DNA of 64,000 nucleotides from Vulcanimicrobiota bacterium (GTDB lineage: Bacteria > Vulcanimicrobiota > Vulcanimicrobiia > Eremiobacterales > Eremiobacteraceae), in contig CAWDVP010000002.1 in assembly GCA_963805945.1 (NCBI GenBank), positions 320,001 through 384,000 on the forward strand, given 5' to 3'. Within the stretch, counting starts at the first letter, position 1. Every line of letters begins with the position of its first letter. This document shows positions 8,431-17,717 of this stretch, one piece after another. A model generated the notes under the pieces. It saw only the letters and a program-made list of their open reading frames with translations, did no database searches and had not been told where the DNA came from. A program made the position numbers and the translations under genes.

Positions 8431-10341
8431 TTAGTCGTGGATGCCGTTGCCGGCCGGGCCCTCGCGGCTGAGATGGAAGTAGTACTCCACGATCGCCTGC
8501 GCCACGGGCGCCGCGTTCACGGCGCCGAAACCGCCGCTCTTCTCCATGAACACGACCACCGCGATCTGCGGATGGTCGTACGGCGCGAAGCACACGAACC
8601 AGGCGTGGTTGCGGCCGTCGGGATTGTCGGGCGTGCGCACGTTCTCGACCGTGCCGGTCTTGCCGGCGTAGTGAAATCCGGGGATGGCGACGTTGTACGC
8701 CGTGCCGTACGGACTTTCGATCGCGCCGAGCATGCCCTCGCGCACCAATTGCAGGTCGGCCGCCGAGATCGGCACGTGGCCTTCGACGGTCGGCGCGACG
8801 CGCAATGCGATGTGTCCGTGCTCGTCGCGCACGTCGTTGAGCAGATACGGCCGGTACAGCGTGCCGCCGTTGGCGACCGCGGCGCCGACGCGCAGCATCT
8901 GGATGGGCGAGGCCTCGACGTAGCCCTGGCCGATCGCCATGTTCACGGTGTCGCCGGCGTACCACTGGTCGTTGTAGATGCGTTTCTTCCACGCGGGCGT
9001 GGGCAGCGTGCCGGTGGTCTCGCCCGGGATGTCGATGCCGGTGAGCGAGCCGATGCCGTACGCGCCGGCGTACTGGTCGAGCCGCGTGATGCCGAGCTCG
9101 AAGCCCACCTTGTAGAAGAAGACGTCGCACGAGCGCGAGATCGCGTCCACCACGTGCAGCGTGCCGTGGCCGCCGCGCGCGTCGTCGTTGAAGACGATGC
9201 CCAGATCGAAATAGCCCGGGCAGTAGCGCACGCTGTCGGCGGTGAGCACGCCGCTCGCGAGCGCCGCCGAGCTCGTGATCATCTTGAAGGTCGAGCCGGT
9301 CGGATACTTGCCGGCGATGGCGCGGGTGAAGAGGGGTTTGAGCGGGTCGTTGAGGTACGCGTTGTAGCGCGCCTCGCTGATGGGCAGCGCGAAGTCGTTC
9401 GGGTTGACGTTGGGCTGGCTCACCAGCGCGAGGATCGCGCCGCTGTTGACATCTTCGACGATCGCCGCGCCCGCGACCCGATGGCCGATGCGCGCCGCGA
9501 TCACCTTGATCTGGCGGTCCATCGCCGCCTCGGCCGCGCGCTGCAGCCGCCAATCGATGGTGAGATCGAGGCTGCTGCCGGGGATGGCGTCGCGCTCGCC
9601 CAGCGTCGCGACGGCTTGCCCCGCCGAGTTGACCTTGATCGCGCGTCCGCCGCTCGTGCCGCGCATGACCGAATCGTAGGTGAACTCCAAGCCTTCTTTG
9701 CCGATGGTGTCGGTCATGCCGTAGCCGAAGGCCTTGCGCGCGTCGTACTCCTCTTTGGTGATGCGTCCGACATAGCCGATGATGTGCGAGCCGACGGTGC
9801 CGTACGGATAGTGCCGCACCGGCACGAGTTCGACCGCCATGCCCGCGAGCCGGTCGGCGCGCTCCGAGAAGCGCGCGACGGTGGCGGCGTTGAGGTCTTC
9901 GGCGATGGTCACCGGGCCGAGCGGCACCGCGCCCGCGAGCGCATCGAAGCTCGCGTAGCTCACGCCGTTCTGGCGCAATAGGCGCTGCCACAATGTCGCC
10001 GCCGGGATGCGCAAGATGCCGGCGAGCTCGTCGATCTCGGCCGCCGGATCGCTCACCTGCATCGGCACGACTTGCACGACGAACGAGGGCCGGTTGCCGA
10101 CCACGATGACGCCGTGGCGGTCGTACATCAAGCCGCGCGGCGCGGTGAGCGGGATGGTGCGCAGCTGGTTCTGATCGGCGAGGGTCTCGTAGAGCGCGCC
10201 GTGCACGAGCTGGACGTCCGCGAGCCGCCACACGAGCACCCCGAGCGCGATCGCGACGCCCGCCACGAACACGATGAGGCGCGGCATGCGCGCGCGCTTC
10301 GCGTCTTCGTCGCTCTCGCTGCGTCCGACTATGCCTTGCAT
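8431..10341 (-). CDS. mrdA: Penicillin-binding protein 2
   Basis: APRGLMYDR, GSTFK (SxxK), SCD (SxN variant), KTGT; downstream of mreD; ATG 10341 with SD AGGAG. Confidence 0.95.
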   Translation of the reverse strand: MQGIVGRSESDEDAKRARMPRLIVFVAGVAIALGVLVWRLADVQLVHGALYETLADQNQLRTIPLTAPRGLMYDRHGVIVVGNRPSFVVQVVPMQVSDPAAEIDELAGILRIPAATLWQRLLRQNGVSYASFDALAGAVPLGPVTIAEDLNAATVARFSERADRLAGMAVELVPVRHYPYGTVGSHIIGYVGRITKEEYDARKAFGYGMTDTIGKEGLEFTYDSVMRGTSGGRAIKVNSAGQAVATLGERDAIPGSSLDLTIDWRLQRAAEAAMDRQIKVIAARIGHRVAGAAIVEDVNSGAILALVSQPNVNPNDFALPISEARYNAYLNDPLKPLFTRAIAGKYPTGSTFKMITSSAALASGVLTADSVRYCPGYFDLGIVFNDDARGGHGTLHVVDAISRSCDVFFYKVGFELGITRLDQYAGAYGIGSLTGIDIPGETTGTLPTPAWKKRIYNDQWYAGDTVNMAIGQGYVEASPIQMLRVGAAVANGGTLYRPYLLNDVRDEHGHIALRVAPTVEGHVPISAADLQLVREGMLGAIESPYGTAYNVAIPGFHYAGKTGTVENVRTPDNPDGRNHAWFVCFAPYDHPQIAVVVFMEKSGGFGAVNAAPVAQAIVEYYFHLSREGPAGNGIHD

Positions 10342-10348
10342 CGCGCTC

Positions 10349-10912
10349 CTAGTAGCCCGGACGCCGGTTCGACAGCCAGCGCAGCACGACCACCGCGACC
10401 GCCGCGATAGCGCAGTTGAGCAGGATCTCCCACAGGGTCGCATGCGCGATGCGATGGTAGGTGCCGCGCTCGCCGGCGCCGATCTCGAGCACGAGATAGG
10501 TGACGGCATTGCGCACGATGGTGCCGCCCGCGACGGCGGCCACGACCACCGGCAGCGAGTCGGCGAAGAAGCGGCTGCTCAGCAAGCCGGCGAAAAATCC
10601 GACCGCGGTCGTGCCGAGCACCGCGCCGCCGCCGCCCCCGAGCGCATCCTCGAGTGCGCCGCCGAGCAGGCCGAGCCAGCCGCCGGTGGCGGGGCCGCAG
10701 CGCAGGCCCGCCCAGACGACGAGCACGGTGAGCGGGCTCGGCTGCGCGCCGCGCAGCGTCCATGCATGGCCGAAGGTCGCTTGCCAGACGACGGCGAGCA
10801 CCGCGAGCGCCAGCAGCACGCCGAAACTCGGCGCCGCCGCCGCGCCGGCATCGAGCGGCCGCTGCGGACCGAACAGCACGCGCGGCGCGCCGCGCAGACG
10901 CACGTCCATCAT
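10349..10912 (-). CDS. mreD: Rod shape-determining protein MreD
   Basis: Hydrophobic multi-TM protein (GLLGGALEDALGG) between mreC and mrdA; ATGA overlap with mreC. Confidence 0.85.
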   Translation of the reverse strand: MMDVRLRGAPRVLFGPQRPLDAGAAAAPSFGVLLALAVLAVVWQATFGHAWTLRGAQPSPLTVLVVWAGLRCGPATGGWLGLLGGALEDALGGGGGAVLGTTAVGFFAGLLSSRFFADSLPVVVAAVAGGTIVRNAVTYLVLEIGAGERGTYHRIAHATLWEILLNCAIAAVAVVVLRWLSNRRPGY

Positions 10913-11739
10913 TGCGCGACCGCCACCGTGAACACGAGCACGCGCGTGAGCGAGTGGAAGTCGACGGCCGGGTCGAGCACCGCGGTCTGATAGAGCGCGT
11001 TGTCCTTGCGATCGATCTCGCGCACGCGGCCGATCGTGATGCCGCCGGGATACACCTCGCCGCGTCCGGTCACGGCGACATCGCCGACCTGCAGCATCGC
11101 GTTCTGGTCGACGTACTTCATCTTGGCGTGCAGCCACGTGCCGGTGACGATGCCCCACGAACGCGAGCGCGTGAGGTAGGCGGGCACCGAGCTGCCGGGA
11201 TCGATGACGAGCAGCACGCGCGCCTCGTGCGGCCCTGCGCTCACGACGTGCCCGACCAGCCCGGCCCCGCTCACCACGACGCTGTCGCGATGCACGCCGT
11301 CGCGCGTGCCGCGGTCGATGGTGATCTCGCGGCCGACCGCCTCGGGCGAATAGCCGACGACGTCGGCGACCACGGAGGGCTCGGCCCGCGACTGCTTCAT
11401 CGCGAGCAGCGCCCGCAATTCGTGGTTTTCCGCCGACTCGGCATTGAGCTGCGCGTTGGCCGCGGCGAGCCGGTTCGCTTGCTCGCGCAGCGCGGCGTTC
11501 TCCGCGGCGTATTCGCCGGCGTGCGTGAGGTCATGCGCGGCCGCGCCGACGGCGGTCGCGAGGCGCGTGGCGCCGCTTTGTATCGGCGTGAAAACCGCGC
11601 CGGCGACGACGTCAAGCACGCTCTGCCGCCCGTTGCGCGCCGCGTCGAGTTCGACGAGCGTCACGAGCGACGCGACGATGATCAGCGCAACGAATACGAG
11701 GAGTTTTCTCTCATCCCAAAACGTATGGATCGCAACCAC
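10909..11739 (-). CDS. mreC: Rod shape-determining protein MreC
   Basis: TM plus coiled coil (ENHELRALL), ITIDRGTRDGV, GLVGHV, VYPGGITIGRV. Confidence 0.93.
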   Translation of the reverse strand: MVAIHTFWDERKLLVFVALIIVASLVTLVELDAARNGRQSVLDVVAGAVFTPIQSGATRLATAVGAAAHDLTHAGEYAAENAALREQANRLAAANAQLNAESAENHELRALLAMKQSRAEPSVVADVVGYSPEAVGREITIDRGTRDGVHRDSVVVSGAGLVGHVVSAGPHEARVLLVIDPGSSVPAYLTRSRSWGIVTGTWLHAKMKYVDQNAMLQVGDVAVTGRGEVYPGGITIGRVREIDRKDNALYQTAVLDPAVDFHSLTRVLVFTVAVAQ

Positions 11740-12788
11740 CTGCCGATCAGCGACGGGGGAGTCGGATAGAGCGCGCTGAAAAGTCGATCGTCTTCGAGGA
11801 TCGCCGCCCCGCCGCGCGCCACACAGAGCATCGGGTCCTCCGCGACCCGCACCGGCATGCTGAGCACGAGGCCTAGCGTGTCGGCGAGTCCCGCGATGAC
11901 CGCGCCGCCGCCGGCGAGCACGAAGCCGCCGTCGGCGATGTCGCGCACCAGCTCCGGGGGCGTGACCTCGAGCACCGACCGGATCGAATCGACGATCTCA
12001 CCGAGCTGCTCGGCGATCGCCGCTCCGATTTCTTCCTCGCGCACTTCGAACGTTCCCGGCCGCAGCGCACGGATGTCCTGGCCGGCGATGTGCGCAGGCG
12101 CACGTCCGAGCGGCCGTCCGTAATATGCGAGCGACATCTTGAGCTGTTCGGCCGTGCGCTCGCCGATGAGCAAGCCGCGCGTGGTGCGGATGTGGGCCAC
12201 GATCGCCTCGTCGAGCTTGTTGCCGCCGAGTTTGAGCGAGCGGGCGACGACGAGCCCGCCGAGCGAGAGCACCGCGATCTCGGTCGTGCCGCCCCCGATG
12301 TCGACGATCATGCTGCCGTGCGGCTCGAGGATCTGCAGGCCCGCGCCGACCGCCGCCGCGATCGCCTGCTGCACGAAGTAGACGCGCCCCGCGCCCGCGC
12401 CGACCGCCGCCTCGCGCACCGCTTTGCGTTCGATGTCGGTCGCGCTGCCCGGCACGCCGATGATGACGCGCGGCGGGATGAGCGTGTGGCCGCGCAGCGC
12501 GCGGTCGAGCAGCTGGCGCACGAGCGCTTCGGTGTACTTGTAGTTCGAGATGACGCCGTTGCGCAGCGGCCGGATGACGGCGATGCTGCGCGGCGTCTTG
12601 CCGAGCATCTGGCGCGCGCCTTCGCCGACGGTGATCACGTCGCCGGACTCGACGTCGATGGCGACGACCGTCGGTTCGATGAAGCGGATGCCGTGCCCGC
12701 GCACGTGGACGGGCGTGTTCGCGGTGCCGAGATCGATGCTGATCTCAGGCGCGATGCGCGCGTAGAGCGATTCGAAGACGCCGGGCAT
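11682..12788 (-). CDS. mreB: Rod shape-determining protein MreB (divergent)
   Basis: IDLGTANT, IRPLRNGVI, VDIGGGTTE, TPPELVRDI, LAGGG, EDPMLCVARG. Confidence 0.92.
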   Translation of the reverse strand: MPGVFESLYARIAPEISIDLGTANTPVHVRGHGIRFIEPTVVAIDVESGDVITVGEGARQMLGKTPRSIAVIRPLRNGVISNYKYTEALVRQLLDRALRGHTLIPPRVIIGVPGSATDIERKAVREAAVGAGAGRVYFVQQAIAAAVGAGLQILEPHGSMIVDIGGGTTEIAVLSLGGLVVARSLKLGGNKLDEAIVAHIRTTRGLLIGERTAEQLKMSLAYYGRPLGRAPAHIAGQDIRALRPGTFEVREEEIGAAIAEQLGEIVDSIRSVLEVTPPELVRDIADGGFVLAGGGAVIAGLADTLGLVLSMPVRVAEDPMLCVARGGAAILEDDRLFSALYPTPPSLIGRWLRSIRFGMRENSSYSLR

Positions 12789-12791
12789 GGC

Positions 12792-13385
12792 TTAGAGCAG
12801 TTCGTATCCTAAAGAAGCGAACGCGCGCCCCAGGCGCGCGAGCGGCAGTCCCATCACGGTGTAGAAATCCCCGACTATGGATGCGACAAGCAGCGCGCCG
12901 CGACCTTGGATGCCGTAGGCGCCGGCCTTGTCGCGCGGCTCGCCGGTGGCGACGTAGCGCGCGATCTCGTGCTCGGCGAGCGGCTCGAAGGTCACTTCCG
13001 ATGACTCGACCCCATCTGCCTGACCGCCGCGGGCGCGGTCCACCACGGCGAAGCCGGTATGGACGGTGTGCGCGCGCCCGGCCAGCCTTTTCAGGAAGGC
13101 CGCTGCCTCGGCATCGTCGCGCGGTTTGCCGAGGACGTCGCCGTCGATGACGACCGCCGTGTCGGCAGCGACGAGCAGCGGGGGTCCGCCGGACGAAGCC
13201 TGCGCCGCCTTGCCGCGGGCGTGCGCGAGCACCATGTCGCGCGGATCGGCGCCGGCGTCGTCATGTTCGCGCTCGTCGTAGGCGCTCAGCACGAGGACGA
13301 CCTCTAAGCCGAGGCTTTCGAGCAACTGGCGGCGGCGAGGTGAGATGGAAGCGAGCGCGACCGAACGCAGTCGCGCTTCATTCAT
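12792..13385 (-). CDS. maf: Maf family nucleotide pyrophosphatase
   Basis: LASISPRRRQLL, ADTAV, LGKP, DKAGAYGIQG, VMGLP. Confidence 0.95.
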   Translation of the reverse strand: MNEARLRSVALASISPRRRQLLESLGLEVVLVLSAYDEREHDDAGADPRDMVLAHARGKAAQASSGGPPLLVAADTAVVIDGDVLGKPRDDAEAAAFLKRLAGRAHTVHTGFAVVDRARGGQADGVESSEVTFEPLAEHEIARYVATGEPRDKAGAYGIQGRGALLVASIVGDFYTVMGLPLARLGRAFASLGYELL

Positions 13386-13794
13386 ACGTCTGGCCGTGCG
13401 CTTTGATCCAGCCGTTGAGGTGGCGGCCGGCGGGGTCGTGATGCGTCCAATGGATGACCGGACCGCCGGCGTCGAGCTCGAGCACGCCGCGCACGATGAC
13501 GTCGTCGTCGGCTGACACCGGCGCCTCGGGCGCGATGTCGGTGTTGTGCGCGACGAGGATCAACTGCTCGTCGCCGGTGCCCGTGTGCACGTCGAGCAGG
13601 AAGCGCTCGTGCTCGCCGGTGGCCGAGGTGCTCGGCGGCAGCACCTTGGCGACGGTGCCTTCGACGGTCACCTCTTGGCCGCCGCGATGCTCTTGGATGA
13701 ACTGGATGGCGCCGAGATTGTCGGGCGTGTCGGACGCAGAGGAGCACGCGGCGACGGCCAGTGCGATGGCGGCGAGGGCGATGAGGCGTCTCAT
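13378..13794 (-). CDS. DUF3465-like lipoprotein
   Basis: Lipobox LAVAA-C; HERFLL, LVAHNTDIAP, VIHWTHHDP..H.NGWI. Confidence 0.8.
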   Translation of the reverse strand: MRRLIALAAIALAVAACSSASDTPDNLGAIQFIQEHRGGQEVTVEGTVAKVLPPSTSATGEHERFLLDVHTGTGDEQLILVAHNTDIAPEAPVSADDDVIVRGVLELDAGGPVIHWTHHDPAGRHLNGWIKAHGQTYE

Positions 13795-13894
13795 GGCTCG
13801 ACCTCCGGCATGTGGTGAGCGGTTCGCGCCGGGCGATGAGTTTCGCCTGCCCGCCGGCCTGGACGGACCGCCGCCGCGTCGTGATATACTGCCG

Positions 13895-14359
13895 ATGAGA
13901 GGTCTCCACGCGCGCGCCCAATCGAGGATGCTCGTCGCGCTCATGGCCTGGGCGCAAGCGAAGGGCGTTGGACGCGTCGGCGCCGAGTGGCAATTCAAGG
14001 TGACGCCTCCGCACGAGGCGACGAGGCCGCTTGTCCCCGATGTCGCGTTCCTGTCATTCGAGCGGCTGGGATACGAGGACGAAGAAGCGGCGCAGCTTCC
14101 CTACTTGGCGCCCGACGTCGCGGTCGAGGTGCTCGCACCCGCCGACCGGCGCGCCGACATCGACGAGAAAGTGCGCGTGTATCTCGCGGCGGGCAGCACA
14201 TTGGTACTGCTCGTCGACCCGGCCGAGCGCACCTTCGTTGCGTGCGACGCCGAGGGGGCGCGCCGCTTCTCAGGTGATGAGGAATTCGTGCACCGTGCGC
14301 TGCCGGGTTTCGCCGTGCGCGTGTCTGCGATATTCGAGCCGCTCAAGCCCAAACGATAG
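13895..14359 (+). CDS. Uma2 family endonuclease-like protein (short N-terminus)
   Basis: LVPDVAF, APDVAVEVLAP, KVRVYLAAGSTLVLLVDP; extended -10 TGATATACT just upstream. Confidence 0.85.
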   Translation: MRGLHARAQSRMLVALMAWAQAKGVGRVGAEWQFKVTPPHEATRPLVPDVAFLSFERLGYEDEEAAQLPYLAPDVAVEVLAPADRRADIDEKVRVYLAAGSTLVLLVDPAERTFVACDAEGARRFSGDEEFVHRALPGFAVRVSAIFEPLKPKR

Positions 14360-14487
14360 CCGTCAAGGCGGCATCGACCGTACGTTCGGGTTGTGGGAGA
14401 TGCCCGTGCGAGGGTATACTCGATGAGCACGTGGCCGCCTGACGCCACCTCATTTTGCCGTTTGTCTCTATAAGGTTGGAAGAATTG

Positions 14488-14679
14488 ATGGATCCGCACG
14501 AGCGCAGCGCGGGGGACGACCGCGCCTATAATGCGGCGCCGGAACTGCGCCGACTCATCCGCGCCGCAGGCAATATCCGGGTGATCCTGCTCGGCCTCCC
14601 AGGCCCGGCGGGCGCGAAACGGGCGACACGGCCGATCGCGACGGGCACCTTCTCGTTTCCGGCGCTGAGCGTCAATTAA
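14488..14679 (+). CDS. Small hypothetical protein (63 aa)
   Basis: MDPHERSAGDDRAYNAAPELRRLIRAAGNIRVILLGLP...FPALSVN*; fills the gap before convergent nadD; TATACT -10 at 14415-14420. Confidence 0.4.
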   Translation: MDPHERSAGDDRAYNAAPELRRLIRAAGNIRVILLGLPGPAGAKRATRPIATGTFSFPALSVN

Positions 14680-14684
14680 CGCCT

Positions 14685-14710
14685 GAGCCGAACTAAAGTT
14701 CGGCCCCTAC
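14685..14710 (-). repeat. GTAG-type REP-like palindrome
   Basis: Minus strand GTAG-GG-GCCGAACT-TT-AGTTCGGC overlapping the nadD stop codon. Confidence 0.65.
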
Positions 14711-15309
14711 AGATATAGTCTCTTCTTCTCGATATAGCGCACGACGTCGTCGGGCGTCAGATAACGTATGGGCTGCCCCGCGCGAACGCGCTCGCGCAGC
14801 ACGCTCGCCGAAATGTCCACCAGCGGCAGATCGAGCGCGACGAAGCGCTCGCGTAATTCGCCGGGCAGATCGCCGATGATGGCGGCGAGGTCCTCCACCT
14901 CCGCGCCTTCGCGCCGCACCACGTAGAAATGTTTCAGCGCGGCGGCGACTTCTTCCAAGCGCCGCCAGCGGCTCACGGTGAGCGAGTCCATCCCGGCGAT
15001 GAAATGCAATTCGTCATCGGCGTAGCGTGTGAGCAGCAGCGCCAACGTATCGGCGGTGTACACCGGTCCGGCCTGCGTCAGCGCGGTGTCGTCGAGCTCG
15101 AAGTGCTCGGCGCCGCGGATGGCGAGCTCCACCATCGCGCGGCGATCCGCTGCAGCGGCGTGTACGGCGCGATGCGCCGGCTCGCCGACCGGCAAGAACA
15201 ACACCCGCTCCAGCTTGGCGTGGGCGCGCACCGCGTCCGCGATGAAGAGATGCCCGTAGTGGATGGGATCGAACGTGCCCCCGAGCACGCCGATGCGCCG
15301 CGCGCTCAT
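14707..15309 (-). CDS. nadD: Nicotinate-nucleotide adenylyltransferase
   Basis: GGTFDPIHYGH, YTADTL, FIAGMDS, ISASVLR. Confidence 0.95.
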   Translation of the reverse strand: MSARRIGVLGGTFDPIHYGHLFIADAVRAHAKLERVLFLPVGEPAHRAVHAAAADRRAMVELAIRGAEHFELDDTALTQAGPVYTADTLALLLTRYADDELHFIAGMDSLTVSRWRRLEEVAAALKHFYVVRREGAEVEDLAAIIGDLPGELRERFVALDLPLVDISASVLRERVRAGQPIRYLTPDDVVRYIEKKRLYL

Positions 15310-16565
15310 AGGAAGACGAACTCGCTCGCGCCGACGCGCACCTTCTGGCCCGCGCGCAGGCCGAGCTTCTCGAGCTTGCGCATGGCGCCGCTGCGCGAGA
15401 GCGCGCGGGTGAAGAACGCGCGGCCTTCATCGGTGTCGAGGTCGGTCATCGAGGCGAGGCGTTCGAGATTCGCGCCCGCCACCCGATAGGCGTCGCCCTC
15501 TTTGGTCACTTCGACCGCGCGCCGCGACGATTCTGGTTTGGGTCTGAGCACGACGGCCGCCGGGCTTTCCGCCATCGTCTTGGCGCGCGACTCGACGATG
15601 GCGGCATAGGCGGCGGCCATCAACGGCTTCACGCCGAGGCCGGTGGCGGCGGAGATGCCGAAGACCTTGGACTTCGTGGATGCCTCGACGGCGGCGAGGA
15701 CGTCCTTCGCCTCGGGCAGATCGAGCTTCGAGACCGCGATCAGCCGGTGCTTTTGGAGCAGCGCGGGATTCCACGCAGCCAGTTCCGCCTCGATCATCGC
15801 CATCTGCGCGAGCGCCTCGGCGGGCGGCAAACCGCCGTCGACCAAGTGGATGAGCACGCGAGTGCGCTCGACGTGCTTGAGGAAGCGATCGCCGAGCCCG
15901 GCGCCTCCGCTCGCGCCTTCGATAAGGCCCGGCACGTCGACGAGCACGAAGTTGGCGTCGACGTCGATCTGCACGACCCCGAGCTGAGGCTCGAGCGTGG
16001 TGAACGGATAATCGGCGATCTTCGGCCGCGCCGCCGAGACGGCCGCGAGGAGCGTCGATTTGCCGGCGTTGGGCGCGCCGACGATGCCGGCGTCCGCGAG
16101 CAGTTTGAGCTGCAGGTCGAGCTCGCGTTCCTCGCCGGGTTGGCCGCGCTGCGCGAAGCGCGGCGTCTGGTTGACCGAGGTCGCGAAGTGCTGATTGCCG
16201 AGGCCGCCGCGCCCGCCCCGCGCGACACAGACGCTGACGCCGTCCTCGCGCATGTCGGCGATGAGCTGATCGCCGTCGTACACGAGCGTACCGAGCGGTA
16301 CGGGGATGACGATGTCCACGCCGTCTTTGCCGTGGCAGTTGTCGCTGCCGCCGTTGTCGCCGGGAGTCGCGGCGAACCTGCGCTTATGGCGGAAATCGAG
16401 AAGGGTGGAGCGCTGGCTGTCGCCACGCACGAAGATCGAACCGCCGCGTCCGCCGTCGCCGCCGCTGGGGCCGCCGCGCGGCACGAATTTCTCGCGCCGG
16501 AACGCGACGACGCCGTTGCCGCCCTTGCCGCCGAGCACGGCGATATGCGCTTCGTCTACGAACAT
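15306..16565 (-). CDS. obgE: GTPase ObgE/CgtA
   Basis: FRREKFVPRGGPSGGDGG, GAPNAGKST, DYPFTT, DVPGLIEGA. Confidence 0.97.
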   Translation of the reverse strand: MFVDEAHIAVLGGKGGNGVVAFRREKFVPRGGPSGGDGGRGGSIFVRGDSQRSTLLDFRHKRRFAATPGDNGGSDNCHGKDGVDIVIPVPLGTLVYDGDQLIADMREDGVSVCVARGGRGGLGNQHFATSVNQTPRFAQRGQPGEERELDLQLKLLADAGIVGAPNAGKSTLLAAVSAARPKIADYPFTTLEPQLGVVQIDVDANFVLVDVPGLIEGASGGAGLGDRFLKHVERTRVLIHLVDGGLPPAEALAQMAMIEAELAAWNPALLQKHRLIAVSKLDLPEAKDVLAAVEASTKSKVFGISAATGLGVKPLMAAAYAAIVESRAKTMAESPAAVVLRPKPESSRRAVEVTKEGDAYRVAGANLERLASMTDLDTDEGRAFFTRALSRSGAMRKLEKLGLRAGQKVRVGASEFVFL

Positions 16566-16601
16566 CGCTTCATCTCAGCAGCGCGCCCACGAGCGCACAA
16601 C

Positions 16602-16628
16602 GAAAAACCCGCATCAGATGCGGGTTTC
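16602..16628 (-). terminator. Rho-independent terminator after rpmA
   Basis: Minus strand AAACCCGCATC-T-GATGCGGGTTTTT. Confidence 0.75.
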
Positions 16629-16659
16629 GCTGGACGTCGCGAAATTGACTTGCGTCGTA

Positions 16660-16953
16660 CTAGGCTTCGGAACCGGCCGGCGTCACGGCGACGACCTGGC
16701 GATCCTTGCCGCGGCGTGAGAATTCGACCTTGCCTTCGACGAGCGCGAAGAGCGTGTTGTCCTTGCCCATGCCCACGTTGGCGCCGGGATAGAACTTCGT
16801 GCCGCGCTGGCGCAGGATGATGTTGCCCGCGATCACGGCTTGGCCGCCGTAACGCTTGACGCCCAGGCGCTTGCTCTGGGAATCGCGGCCGTTGCGCGAC
16901 GACCCAAGGCCCTTTTTGTGGGCGAAACGCTGAAGATTAATATAGAAAGACAA
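16660..16953 (-). CDS. rpmA: 50S ribosomal protein L27 with N-terminal extension
   Basis: [37 protein letters not shown] with TTG at 16953 (alternative TTG 16959) giving [15 protein letters not shown]. Confidence 0.95.
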   Translation of the reverse strand: MSFYINLQRFAHKKGLGSSRNGRDSQSKRLGVKRYGGQAVIAGNIILRQRGTKFYPGANVGMGKDNTLFALVEGKVEFSRRGKDRQVVAVTPAGSEA

Positions 16954-17015
16954 TTTCAAACGGCTCCTCGGTCGACAGATTCGGGGAAGGATTCCCGCGC
17001 GATTGGTGCTTGCGA

Positions 17016-17044
17016 AGTATACCAAACTCAGCGGGATGGGTCAA
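17016..17044 (-). promoter_or_regulatory. Sigma70-type promoter of rpmA-obgE
   Basis: TTGACC-17 nt-TATACT on the minus strand. Confidence 0.75.
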
Positions 17045-17078
17045 TTTCCAGGGCTGGTTAGCCGACAAGAGATCAAGA

Positions 17079-17717
17079 TCAACCTCGTTCTGTATTGGGG
17101 GACACAATGGCCCTTGCGCGTCTTGAAGCGGCGGCTATCGCGAGCAACGCGCACACCCAAGACACCCCGAACAGTGTGCCTCCGACGACGTCTGTCAGGT
17201 AATGCGCGCCTAGCGCGAGACGCGACCAGTCCACGCCGAGCATCCACATGATGAGCACTGTGGCGCACGTGATCTTCGCCGGTTTGGGGAGCGGTGCCAT
17301 CAGCGCGATCAACAACCAGCTTCCGAAGAACACGATCGCCGTGCAGGCATGTCCGCTGGGATACGAATAGCCTGTTTCGTGATACACGAGCCAGTGCTCG
17401 GGTCGAACGCGGTGGAAGGCGTGTTTGACCAGCTCGACCACGCCCGTTGAGAAGATCTGTGAGACGAGCACGCCGATACCGAGCCAGAGCGGCATGCGCA
17501 GCGCCGCGAGCGCGCCTATGCCGACCAAGCCGATCACCGCGATCGGCAAGGTCCGCCCCGATTCGGTGAAGACGATCGCCGCCCGCGTGCCATGACCTAA
17601 GAGCGCAGCGGCGGTTGCGACATCCAGGCGCGAAAAGGGTACCATCGTCACTGCAAAGCCGAGGACCACGAAGAGCACGAGCGCAGCCGCGCTGCAGATC
17701 CAGAGTCGCGCTGCCAC
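17079..17717 (-). CDS. PAP2 family phosphatase
   Basis: KHAFHRVRP, YPSGH, SRLALGAHYLTDV. Confidence 0.92.
   Translation of the reverse strand: MAARLWICSAAALVLFVVLGFAVTMVPFSRLDVATAAALLGHGTRAAIVFTESGRTLPIAVIGLVGIGALAALRMPLWLGIGVLVSQIFSTGVVELVKHAFHRVRPEHWLVYHETGYSYPSGHACTAIVFFGSWLLIALMAPLPKPAKITCATVLIMWMLGVDWSRLALGAHYLTDVVGGTLFGVSWVCALLAIAAASRRARAIVSPNTERG

Noticed and set aside
13895..14359. Uma2 gene as part of a defence or restriction island
   Set aside because: Solitary gene with no methylase, toxin-antitoxin partner or mobile-element context
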